In this document: positions 1 to 11,000 of the stretch, in pieces
Position numbering within the stretch: the first letter of the stretch is position 1
Layout of the letters: every line of letters starts with the position of its first letter
Source of the DNA: Eledone cirrhosa
Taxonomy: Eukaryota
Direction: 5' to 3'
NCBI GenBank assembly: GCA_964016885.1
Contig: OZ024749.1
Span: 124,001 to 188,000 of the forward strand
Length of the DNA: 64,000 bases
Program-made: the position numbers and the translations under genes
The notes under the pieces: generated by a model
What the model was told of the DNA's origin: nothing
The model's database searches: none
Seen by the model: the letters and a program-made list of their open reading frames with translations, nothing else

Positions 1-39
1 ATCCACCTAATCTACGAAGGTATTTTAGCCTACATATTG

Positions 40-250
40 TCGTTAATATTATGATGTTCCCTGCTGTATTAGCGTTAAATTTTCCCTGCTGTATTAGCGA
101 TAAATTTTCGAGGGTTTCTCTTAGTAGCTTTTTCATGTCGTTAATATTATGATGTTCCCTGCTGTATTAGCGTTAAATTTTCCCTGCTGTATTAGCGATA
201 AATTTTCGAGGGTTTCTCTTAGTAGCTTTTTTCATGACGTTATTATTGTT
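40..250 (+). repeat. 98-bp tandem repeat with internal 25-bp subrepeat (TTCCCTGCTGTATTAGCG) upstream of the RTE ORF
   Basis: ATGATGTTCCCTGCTG at 51 and 149. The same array occurs at 8041-8220 and 8510-8720. Confidence 0.85.
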
Positions 251-542
251 AATTTTACTGATGTAATTTTACTTGGATATTTACCATGCGACCCTCAGTT
301 CCTACCTCACAATTTCCCTCCCCCCCACCCCCACACACCACCATAGTCTATTCGACCAATCAAACCTAGCATGCCATTTCCACTGCTGCTGCTGCTACTA
401 CCTGCCTAACTAACTCTCTCCTCCTCTGGCGCATCCCAACACACCCTGCCATTACCCCACCACCACTGTCCTTCTAGCCCTCAATTTTCCCACCGTTAGG
501 GATGGATGAGCTGGGAATACACGAGCAACTCTGAATCAATAG

Positions 543-3500
543 ATGAATATGAATCTGCGAGCTACCAAGCACCCACGTGAAGCGCCAACCCAGAGACCCT
601 CCCCTACGAGTGTCGACAAATGCCCAAAACTCCGAGTTGGTACCATCAATGTAGGCTCAATGAAAGGAAGAGCAGGAGAAATCGTAGAAATGCTAGAGCG
701 AAAGGAAGTTGATGTATGCTGTGTGCAAGAGACTAGATGGAGAGGAGGGTCTGCTAGAGTCCTTGTAGGAAAAAGCCAGTGCTACAAATTTTTCTGGGTG
801 GGAAATGACGATGGGATGGGTGGTGTAGGTATACTATTAGCTGACAAGTGGGTAGATAAAGTAATCTCAGTGTACAGGGTAAATGCAAGAATCATTAAAC
901 TCAGACTAGTCCTGAATAAGACAATTACCACAATAATATCAGCTTACGCACCCCAATCGGGGCTGCCAGACGAACTTAAGGATAGGTTTTACGAGTCCCT
1001 AATACACACTACTGCTCTAACAGACGACAAGGACTTCCTAATCATTGCAGGAGATTTTAACGGACACGTAGGTAAACACTGCGACGGCTTCAATAGAGTA
1101 CATGGAGGCCATGGAGTTGGCACAAGGAATGAGGAAGGATTCAGACTTCTAGAATTCTGCGACGCCAATGACATGTCGATATGTAACACAAACTTTAAAA
1201 AACCCGACAACCACCTGATCACCTATAGATCAGGGGAGCACTCTAGTCAGTTAGATTTTATCCTCATCAGAGGACGTGACAGATGGACGGTCGTAAACAC
1301 AAAAGCCTTCCCTAGTGAGGAATGTACATCCCAACATAGCTTAGTTGTCAGCGACCTCACGGTCAGAACTAGACGAGCCCTGAAACAGAGGCCAACCTGG
1401 AGAAAAAAGATCTGGAAGCTGAAAGTCCCCTCAACCAGTAACAGATTTAAAGATATTTTACTCAACGCCTACGACAGTAAAGAAGAACAGATAGAGACAT
1501 TTAACGTAGAAGAGAACTGGGAGTTCCTAAAAAATAACTTACTAGAGGCGACGGATGAGGTTTGTGGCTGGAGTAAGACCTCAAGCAGGAGGAGAGTGAC
1601 TTGGTGGTGGAACAATAAGGTAGATGAAGCAGTCAAGGCCAAGAGACAGGCATGGAAAGAATGGAAGAACGGGGGGAGCAGGGTACATTACATAGAGACC
1701 AAGAGGGAAGCTAGGCGACAAGTATACTTAGCTAGGAGGGAAGCAGAGGATAGAAAATTCAAGCATGTTTTACAACGTGAGGACCAGAAACAGGAGGTAT
1801 TCAAGATTGCGAGGCAGTGTGTCAGAGATAGTTGTGATGTCATTGGAGAGAAGTGTATCCGGAATGATAAAGGTGAGCTTGCCCTCACAAGTGCTGAGAA
1901 GAAAGATGCATGGAAGAGTCATTATGATAGATTACTAAATGAGGAGAATGCATGGGAAGAAGAGACCCTACCCCACGTAGACCCTATAGAGGGACCAGCA
2001 GTACAAGTCAGCGGCAGCGTAGTAAGTAAGGCAATCAGAGATATGAAGATAGGGAAGGCAACCGGTCCATCGGGTATAGCTGCCGAGATGCTGAAGGCAT
2101 CTGGGTCTGTAGGTCACACTATAACCACACGTATCGTTAACCAGGTAATACTAGAGGGGGCCATACCAAAAGATTGGTGCAGTAGCATCATTGTCAACTG
2201 CTACAAAGGTAAAGGCGATGCACTAGATAGAGGAAACTATAGAGGTATAAAGTTGATGGACCAGGTCATGAAAGTAACAGAAAGAGTTATAGCACAGCTG
2301 ATTAGGGACCGGGTGAATATAGACGAGATGCAATTTGGGTTTGTTCCAGGGAAAGGCACCACTGATGCGCTCTTCCTTGTGAGGCAATTACAGGAAAAGT
2401 ACCTAGCTAAAAGTAAGCCACTCTACTTGGCATTTGTCGACCTTGAGAAAGCCTTTGACAGAGTTCCACGTGCAGTAATCTGGTGGGCTCTTAGAAAACT
2501 AGGAGTAGATGAATGGCTTGTGAAAGCGGTACAAGCCATGTATAGGGGAGCAGTCAGCAAAGTTAGGATTGGCAATGAGTATAGCGAGGAATTTAGCGTA
2601 CAGGTTGGGGTCCACCAGGGCTCTGTTCTTAGCCCTCTCCTGTTCATCATAGTCCTGCAGGCAATAACGGAGGAGTTTAAGACCGGATGCCCATGGGAAC
2701 TCCTGTATGCTGATGACCTCGCACTCATAGCTGAATCTATGGTAGAACTAGAGAATAAATTCCAAACCTGGAAGCAGGGACTAGAGAGAAAGGGCCTCAA
2801 AGTCAACATGACAAAGACTAAGGTCCTTATAAGTAGACGAGAAAACAGAACCCAGATCCCCTCAGGGAAATGGCCTTGCTCAGTATGTAGGAAAGGTGTA
2901 GGTAGGAACTCCATTCTTTGCCCCAAATGCAAACAATGGGTACACAAGAGATGTAGCGGGATCTCAGGAAGCTTAATTAAGAATGTAGGATTCACATGCA
3001 GCAGCTGTGCTGAAACAGCAAGCAAACAGCCACAGGAAACAAGTACCACCAATCTCTGGGAGGGCCCTGTAGAAACAGTAGACAGCTTCTGCTACCTAGG
3101 TGACCGAATTAGCAACGGAGGTGGGTGCTCAGAAAGTACAATAACTAGGGTAAGAACGGGATGGAAGAAGTTTAGGGAACTACTACCACTGCTAGCTGCA
3201 AAAGGCTTCTCCCTCAGAATGAAAGGCAGACTGTATGATGCGTGTATCCGAACAGCGATGTTGCATGGTAGTGAGACCTGGGCGCTGAAGGTGGAAGACT
3301 TACGTAGATTAGAGAGAAACGAAGCCTGCATGCTCCGATGGATGTGTAACAGTAATATACGTGAACGACAAAGCATAAATGAATTGAGAGAGAGACTGAG
3401 CATAAGAGGAATCAAATGCTGCGTGCAGGAGAGGCGGTTACGCTGGTATGGACATGTGATGCGTATGAAGGATGACAGCTGCATAAAAAGGTGCAGAGCA

Positions 3501-3668
3501 CTAGAAGTTGATGGATACCGCGGAGTGGGGAGACCCAAGATGACTTGGGATGAGGTGATAAAAGCCGACCTTACCCAACTACACCTCTCAAAGTCAATGA
3601 CACACGACCGTGACTTCTGGCGTCACGCAGTAATACAGGGTACCCGACCTCCCATGGGTACATGCTGA
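543..3668 (+). CDS. RTE retrotransposon protein: APE endonuclease + reverse transcriptase with inserted PHD-type finger (1041 aa, intact)
   Basis: APE motifs GTINV, VQETRW, SAYAPQ, AGDFNGH, LDFIL, SQH; RT motifs NYRGIKL, QFGF, FVDLEKAFD, GVHQGSVLSP, YADD, FCYLG; RTE-type C-terminus RRLRWYGHVMR..GRPKMTW. Confidence 0.96.
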   Translation: MNMNLRATKHPREAPTQRPSPTSVDKCPKLRVGTINVGSMKGRAGEIVEMLERKEVDVCCVQETRWRGGSARVLVGKSQCYKFFWVGNDDGMGGVGILLADKWVDKVISVYRVNARIIKLRLVLNKTITTIISAYAPQSGLPDELKDRFYESLIHTTALTDDKDFLIIAGDFNGHVGKHCDGFNRVHGGHGVGTRNEEGFRLLEFCDANDMSICNTNFKKPDNHLITYRSGEHSSQLDFILIRGRDRWTVVNTKAFPSEECTSQHSLVVSDLTVRTRRALKQRPTWRKKIWKLKVPSTSNRFKDILLNAYDSKEEQIETFNVEENWEFLKNNLLEATDEVCGWSKTSSRRRVTWWWNNKVDEAVKAKRQAWKEWKNGGSRVHYIETKREARRQVYLARREAEDRKFKHVLQREDQKQEVFKIARQCVRDSCDVIGEKCIRNDKGELALTSAEKKDAWKSHYDRLLNEENAWEEETLPHVDPIEGPAVQVSGSVVSKAIRDMKIGKATGPSGIAAEMLKASGSVGHTITTRIVNQVILEGAIPKDWCSSIIVNCYKGKGDALDRGNYRGIKLMDQVMKVTERVIAQLIRDRVNIDEMQFGFVPGKGTTDALFLVRQLQEKYLAKSKPLYLAFVDLEKAFDRVPRAVIWWALRKLGVDEWLVKAVQAMYRGAVSKVRIGNEYSEEFSVQVGVHQGSVLSPLLFIIVLQAITEEFKTGCPWELLYADDLALIAESMVELENKFQTWKQGLERKGLKVNMTKTKVLISRRENRTQIPSGKWPCSVCRKGVGRNSILCPKCKQWVHKRCSGISGSLIKNVGFTCSSCAETASKQPQETSTTNLWEGPVETVDSFCYLGDRISNGGGCSESTITRVRTGWKKFRELLPLLAAKGFSLRMKGRLYDACIRTAMLHGSETWALKVEDLRRLERNEACMLRWMCNSNIRERQSINELRERLSIRGIKCCVQERRLRWYGHVMRMKDDSCIKRCRALEVDGYRGVGRPKMTWDEVIKADLTQLHLSKSMTHDRDFWRHAVIQGTRPPMGTC

Positions 3669-3975
3669 AGCATATAAACAATATGCCCCCCCCCCCCACC
3701 GCAAGGTGGTCGTGGAGGTGCCACGGCAAAAAAGCACCCAGCCCACACTGTAAAGTGGACGTGTAGGCGCCACGAAAAAGCACCCAGCACTCACTGTAAA
3801 TGAGGTTGGTGTTAGGAAGGGCATCCAGCTGTAGAAATCAAGCCAGATCAGTTCCTGTATGAGCAAGGCATGGTCAGCCGACCAGACACTGCCCACAACA
3901 GGACAACCCGTCTAACCCATGCTAGCGTGGAAGAACGGACGTAAAACGGTGATGATGATATATATATATATATAT

Positions 3976-5900
3976 ATCATCATCATCATCATCATCGTTT
4001 AACGTCCATATTCCACGCTTGCATGGGTTTGGACGGGAATTTTCCCACTTGAGGCAAGAGTGGTTGTCTTGCTCGCATAGGACTGTCTGGCGGGTTTTCT
4101 ACAGCTGGATGCCCTTCCTAACACCAACCGCATTTACAGTGTGGGACTGGGAGGTTTTTACCGTGTTACCTACACGGCCACATTACTGCGTGGACTGTGT
4201 TTTTTTTTTTTGTCGTGACACCTACACGACCTCATTTGTTTCGGCCTGGATGTTGTGGCACCAACATAACTTTACATTGAAAGGGGCGGTGTGGATGGGG
4301 TGGGGGTGTATTTTGTTAGAGGTGCCTACTGACTGTAGTAGGTTTTACTTTGTATCTAGGTAAGGCGGGTCTTCTCTATTACTGAGTACCGCCAAAGATC
4401 TCGGTCCAGTGACATTGTCTTGGAGAGGTGTAAGTGTGTGAGGTCGGAATTTATCAAGTCGTCCCAGGTTTTTCTGGGTCTGCCTACTCCGTGGCTACCG
4501 TCTATCTTTATTGCCCTGCATTTTTTTTATACAGCTGTCGTCTTTCATCCGCATCACGTGGACCATACCAACGTAGTCTTCTCTCGAGTACACAACATCT
4601 GATCCCTCTTATTTCTAATTTTTCCCTTAGTTCGTTTATGCTTTGCCGTTCACATATATTACTATTACACATCCAGCGAAGCATGCAAGCTTCGTTCCTC
4701 TCTAGTCTGCGTATATCCTCTGCACACAATGCCCAGGTCTCACTGTCATGCAACATTGCTGTTCATATGCAGGCATCATACAACCTGCCTTTCATTTTTA
4801 GGGAGAACCCTTTAGCGGCTAATAGTGGTATAAGCTCTCTGAACTTTTTCCATCCAGTTCTGACTCTAGCTACTGTACTTTCAGAGCACCCTCCCCCACT
4901 GCTGATTTTGTCACCCAGGTAACGGAAGCTGTCCACTATTTCTATAGAACCCTCTGCGCAATTGAAAGAGCTAGTATTTTGTGGGCACTTGCTGCTACTT
5001 ATTGCACCAGAGCACCGGCCACATGTAAAATCTATGTTCTTAGTTAGCTTACCTGTGATCCCACTACATCTTTTATGAACCCATACTTTGCATTTGGGAC
5101 ATAAAATGGAGTTTCTACCTACGCCTTTCCTACACACTGAGCATGGCCATTTCCCGGAAGGGACCGGCGCCTTATTTTCTTTCCTACAAACTAGAACTTT
5201 AGTCTTAGCCAGGTTAATTTTAAGGCCTTCTGATTCTAGGCCTTGCTTCCATGTTTGGAATTTCTTCTCTAGCTCGGCCATTGATTCAGCTATGAGCGTT
5301 AGATCATCTGCGTATAGGAGTTCCCATGGGCAGCCGGTCTTGAACTCCACTGTTATAGCCTGAAGGGCAATAATAAATAGTAGGGGGCTAAGGACGGAGC
5401 CCTGATGAACACCAACTTTTACGCTAAACTCTTCACTATATTCGTTGTTAATTCTAACCTTGCTGACTGTTTCTTTATACATGGCTCGTATAGCTCTCAC
5501 AAGCCATTCCTCAACACCTAGTTTTCTAAGAGCCCACCAGATAATGGAACGGGGGACTCTGTCGAAGGCTTTCTCCAAGTCAACAAAAGCTAAGTATAGG
5601 GGTTTACTTTTAACTAGGTACTTCTCCTGTAGTTGTCGTACAATGAAAAGAGCGTCTGTGGTACTTTTACCTGACACAAACCCGAACTGCATTTCATCTA
5701 GATCAATTCTCTCTCTGATTAGTTGCGCTATTACTTTTTCCGTGACCTTCATGACCTGGTCGATTAATTTAATGCCTCTATAGTTACTCCTATCTAGGGC
5801 ATCTCCTTTACCCTTGTAACAGTTAATGATGATGCTGCTACGCCAGTCCTTCAGAACAACCCCATTCTGTATGACTTGGTTTACTATCCGGGTGACCATT
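3976..5900 (-). mobile_element. 5'-truncated, disrupted RTE of an older sister subfamily
   Basis: Minus-strand ORFs 4763-6019 and 4508-4756 are homologous to the RT/PHD/C-terminal part of the 1041-aa protein, with a stop and frameshift. The (GAT)n tail reads TCATCATC at 3977. Confidence 0.93.
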
Positions 5901-6723
5901 ACGTGTATACATCTGAAAATGTATATATGTATGCAAAGATATAAGTAAACATACATGTATACATATAGATGGACAGTTATGCATATACAATAACTTATTT
6001 CTATACATACATATACCACAAGTAAGGCATGGTGCTGCCAACTAACCAGACCTCCCTCATAATGGACCAGCTAGATCCCAAAATACAGGCCTGCTTGCCA
6101 ACACACAGTCCCAATAAGTGTAAGTTACAGCGCAGCTATCTGGACAGACTTGTCTTAAGACTACACACTATCCCACTACATCTTTTGTATACTATATATA
6201 TACTGTTTATATATATATATATACTATATATATATATACTGTTTATATATATATATACTATATATATATATACTGTTTATATATATATACACACATATAA
6301 TTGTGTATTCACACATTATCTTAGTAATGAAATAATTAATAATTTTAGTAAATTGTTCAAAATTCTTCATTAACCCTTTTGGTAGAAACCCAGCCAAAAT
6401 TAGTTCTCGTACTATGGAAATGGTTCCTATCTAAATTAAAGTCTTCCAACAAAATTCTATATAACAACCATATGGTAAGTTACTATGTTAGTAATTAACT
6501 AACAATTGTGATAAATAGCTCAAAATTATTCATAATTAATTGAATTATAAGGTTCATAATTATAATAAAATCTTCAAATAGGCTACGAAACCGGTAAACC
6601 TGAAAGGTACACAACACACACACATTGCTATAGCGTTTCACCAGCCCCTTCCTTCCTGAATTATTACAGAGATGTGTGTGTATGTAATAATTATTTGTAT
6701 AATGTGTGTCTATTTATGAATAT

Positions 6724-7465
6724 GTATGAGTAGATGTGTGTGTGTGTATCACAGTAGATGTGTATGTAACACAGTAGATGTGTATATGTAACAGAGTAGA
6801 TGTGTGTTTGCATGTAACTCAGTAGATGTGTGTGTGTAACACGGTAGATGTGTGTGTGTAACACGGTAGATGTGTGTGTGTAACACGGTAGATGTGTGTG
6901 TGTAACACGGTAGATGTGTGTGTGTAACACGGTAGATGTGTGTATGTAACAGTAGATGTGTATGTATGTAACACAGTAGATGTGTATGTATGTAACACAG
7001 TAGATGTGTGTATGTAACACAGTACATGTGTGTGTATGTAACTCAGTAGATGTGTGTATGTAACTCAGTAGATGTGTGTATGTAACACAGTAGATTGTGT
7101 GTATGTAACATAGAAGATGTGTGTAACACAGTAGATGTGTGTGTATGTAACACAGTAGATCTGTGTGTATGTAACTCAGTAGATGTGTGTGTATGTAACA
7201 CAGGTGTGTGTATGTAACACAGTAGATGTGTGTATGTAACATAGTAGATGTGTGTATGTAACACAGAAGATGTGTGTGTATGTAACACAGTAGATGTGTG
7301 TGTATGTAACTCAGTAGATGTGTGTGTATGTAACACAGTAGATGTGTGTGTAACACAGTAGATGTGTATGTAACGCAGTAGATGTGTGTGTATACAACCC
7401 AGTTGATGTGTGTGTATGTAACACAGTAGATGTGTGTATGTAACATAGTATATGTGTATGTAACT
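6724..7465. repeat. Minisatellite, ~20-24-bp unit GTAACACAGTAGATGTGTGT(GT)AT
   Basis: About 30 directly visible units. They explain the HTH-rich spurious ORFs. Confidence 0.95.
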
Positions 7466-7827
7466 AAAGTGTAACGTACGTTACAAATGGACGACAAAAT
7501 GATTTTAACTTGTTTTTTAACAATTGATGGTGGAAAAGATTTTAAATTGTCTTAACTCAGACCATAAAGGGCCGCAACACATGGAGTCTGACACTCTTAC
7601 CGGCTACATAGCCTGGGCGTCTATTTTACCGCGACCGGCTACATAGCATCTTCCTAAAATCTTCCAACATAATTTTATACAAGAACCACATGTTAAGTTA
7701 CTAATAAAATAATTAATAAATAAAAACATTAGTAAGTCCTTCAAATGATATCTCAGTAATGAAATAATTAATAATTGTTATAAATACCTCAAAATTCCTC
7801 ATTAATTAAACCTCATTAATTAATTAA

Positions 7828-7945
7828 GCCGCTGAAAAGTGCAACAGATGCCCTCTTCTTAGTGAGACAACTACAAAAGAGGTTCTTAGAGAAAAATAAG
7901 CCACTATACTTAGCTTTGGACATAGAGAAGGCTTTTGATAGAGAA
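7828..7945 (+). pseudogene. Short RTE RT fragment (KSATDALFLVRQLQ...DIEKAFDR)
   Basis: Homologous to 2355-2465. Present once per repeat unit (also ~16300, 20201, 26100, 31989, 40573, 50431, 56792, 62752). Confidence 0.85.
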
Positions 7946-8040
7946 CTCTTATAAATGACAACATATATATATGTGTGTGTATATATATGTTTTTTTTAAA
8001 ACTATATATTTATTACTCCCTTAAGCAGAAGAAATATATT

Positions 8041-11000
8041 CCCTGCTGTATTAGCGATAAATTTTCGAGGGTTTCTCTTAGTAGCTTTTTCATGTCGTTA
8101 ATATTATGATGTTCCCTGCTGTATTAGCGTTAAATTTTCCCTGCTGTATTAGCGATAAATTTTCGAGGGTTTCTCTTAGTAGCTTTTTTCATGACGTTAT
8201 TATTGTTAATTTTACTGATGTAGTATTAACTTATTAACTTGGATATTTACCATGCGGTATTCTAATCCTATTGTATCTCTCTCAGTTATTTACCATGCGA
8301 CCCTCAGTTCCTACCCCCCCCCCCCCCCCCTCTATGCACTTCTTTAAGGCTTACTACCCTGTCTTTAACCTAATTCACTCAATCTGAAAATATTGAAGAG
8401 ATAAGACACTTTGCCATTCTTCTCTGCTAAAATGTACCACTAGAGCTGATTCAAATTTTCCCAGCCAGCCATCCACCTAATCTACGAAGGTATTTTAGCC
8501 TACATATTGTCGTTAATATTATGATGTTCCCTGCTGTATTAGCGTTAAATTTTCCCTGCTGTATTAGCGATAAATTTTCGAGGGTTTCTCTTAGTAGCTT
8601 TTTCATGTCGTTAATATTATGATGTTCCCTGCTGTATTAGCGTTAAATTTTCCCTGCTGTATTAGCGATAAATTTTCGAGGGTTTCTCTTAGTAGCTTTT
8701 TTCATGACGTTATTATTGTTAATTTTACTGATGTAATTTTACTTGGATATTTACCATGCGACCCTCAGTTCCTACCTCACAATTTCCCTCCCCCCCACCC
8801 CCACACACCACCATAGTCTATTCGACCAATCAAACCTAGCATGCCATTTCCACTGCTGCTGCTGCTACTACCTGCCTAACTAACTCTCTCCTCCTCTGGC
8901 GCATCCCAACACACCCTGCCATTACCCCACCACCACTGTCCTTCTAGCCCTCAATTTTCCCACCGTTAGGGATGGATGAGCTGGGAATACACGAGCAACT
9001 CTGAATCAATAGATGAATATGAATCTGCGAGCTACCAAGCACCCACGTGAAGCGCCAACCCAGAGACCCTCCCCTACGAGTGTCGACAAATGCCCAAAAC
9101 TCCGAGTTGGTACCATCAATGTAGGCTCAATGAAAGGAAGAGCAGGAGAAATCGTAGAAATGCTAGAGCGAAAGGAAGTTGATGTATGCTGTGTGCAAGA
9201 GACTAGATGGAGAGGAGGGTCTGCTAGAGTCCTTGTAGGAAAAAGCCAGTGCTACAAATTTTTCTGGGTGGGAAATGACGATGGGATGGGTGGTGTAGGT
9301 ATACTATTAGCTGACAAGTGGGTAGATAAAGTAATCTCAGTGTACAGGGTAAATGCAAGAATCATTAAACTCAGACTAGTCCTGAATAAGACAATTACCA
9401 CAATAATATCAGCTTACGCACCCCAATCGGGGCTGCCAGACGAACTTAAGGATAGGTTTTACGAGTCCCTAATACACACTACTGCTCTAACAGACGACAA
9501 GGACTTCCTAATCATTGCAGGAGATTTTAACGGACACGTAGGTAAACACTGCGACGGCTTCAATAGAGTACATGGAGGCCATGGAGTTGGCACAAGGAAT
9601 GAGGAAGGATTCAGACTTCTAGAATTCTGCGACGCCAATGACATGTCGATATGTAACACAAACTTTAAAAAACCCGACAACCACCTGATCACCTATAGAT
9701 CAGGGGAGCACTCTAGTCAGTTAGATTTTATCCTCATCAGAGGACGTGACAGATGGACGGTCGTAAACACAAAAGCCTTCCCTAGTGAGGAATGTACATC
9801 CCAACATAGCTTAGTTGTCAGCGACCTCACGGTCAGAACTAGACGAGCCCTGAAACAGGGGCCAACCTGGAGAAAAAAGATCTGGAAGCTGAAAGTCCCC
9901 TCAACCAGTAACAGATTTAAAGATATTTTACTCAACGCCTACGACAGTAAAGAAGAACAGATAGAGACATTTAACGTAGAAGAGAACTGGGAGTTCCTAA
10001 AAAATAACTTACTAGAGGCGACGGATGAGGTTTGTGGCTGGAGTAAGACCTCAAGCAGGAGGAGAGTGACTTGGTGGTGGAACAATAAGGTAGATGAAGC
10101 AGTCAAGGCCAAGAGACAGGCATGGAAAGAATGGAAGAACGGGGGGAGCAGGGTACATTACATAGAGACCAAGAGGGAAGCTAGGCGACAAGTATACTTA
10201 GCTAGGAGGGAAGCAGAGGATAGAAAATTCAAGCATGTTTTACAACGTGAGGACCAGAAACAGGAGGTATTCAAGATTGCGAGGCAGTGTGTCAGAGATA
10301 GTTGTGATGTCATTGGAGAGAAGTGTATCCGGAATGATAAAGGTGAGCTTGCCCTCACAAGTGCTGAGAAGAAAGATGCATGGAAGAGTCATTATGATAG
10401 ATTACTAAATGAGGAGAATGCATGGGAAGAAGAGACCCTACCCCACGTAGACCCTATAGAGGGACCAGCAGTACAAGTCAGCGGCAGCGTAGTAAGTAAG
10501 GCAATCAGAGATATGAAGATAGGGAAGGCAACCGGTCCATCGGGTATAGCTGCCGAGATGCTGAAGGCATCTGGGTCTGTAGGTCACACTATAACCACAC
10601 GTATCGTTAACCAGGTAATACTAGAGGGGGCCATACCAAAAGATTGGTGCAGTAGCATCATTGTCAACTGCTACAAAGGTAAAGGCGATGCACTAGATAG
10701 AGGAAACTATAGAGGTATAAAGTTGATGGACCAGGTCATGAAAGTAACAGAAAGAGTTATAGCACAGCTGATTAGGGACCGGGTGAATATAGACGAGATG
10801 CAATTTGGGTTTGTTCCAGGGAAAGGCACCACTGATGCGCTCTTCCTTGTGAGGCAATTACAGGAAAAGTACCTAGCTAAAAGTAAGCCACTCTACTTGG
10901 CATTTGTCGACCTTGAGAAAGCCTTTGACAGAGTTCCACGTGCAGTAATCTGGTGGGCTCTTAGAAAACTAGGAGTAGATGAATGGCTTGTGAAAGCGGT

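Larger units (their letters stand above)
1..3959 (+). mobile_element. Full-length RTE-clade non-LTR retrotransposon, copy 1 (5' boundary uncertain)
   Basis: Single APE+RT ORF, ~290-bp 3' UTR ending GGACGTAAAACGGT(GAT)3, abutting (TA)n. Confidence 0.93.

Noticed and set aside
300-542. HDV-like ribozyme in the RTE 5' UTR
   Set aside because: Known in some RTEs, but no nested double pseudoknot was identifiable by eye. Needs an Infernal/RNArobo search.
2423-3538. Antisense ORFs of 209 and 148 aa
   Set aside because: Shadows of the RT coding strand with no recognisable motifs.
6017-6190. Possible host exon (start of ORF 6029-6373)
   Set aside because: No recognisable homology or partner exons, and the ORF runs into microsatellite. 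Left unclassified.
6724-7465. CRISPR-like regular repeat
   Set aside because: No unique spacers, no cas genes, eukaryotic context.
6691-7497. Long His/Thr/Tyr-rich ORFs (also ~15.2-16 kb and 49.3-50.1 kb)
   Set aside because: Translations of the 22-bp minisatellite, open in several frames.
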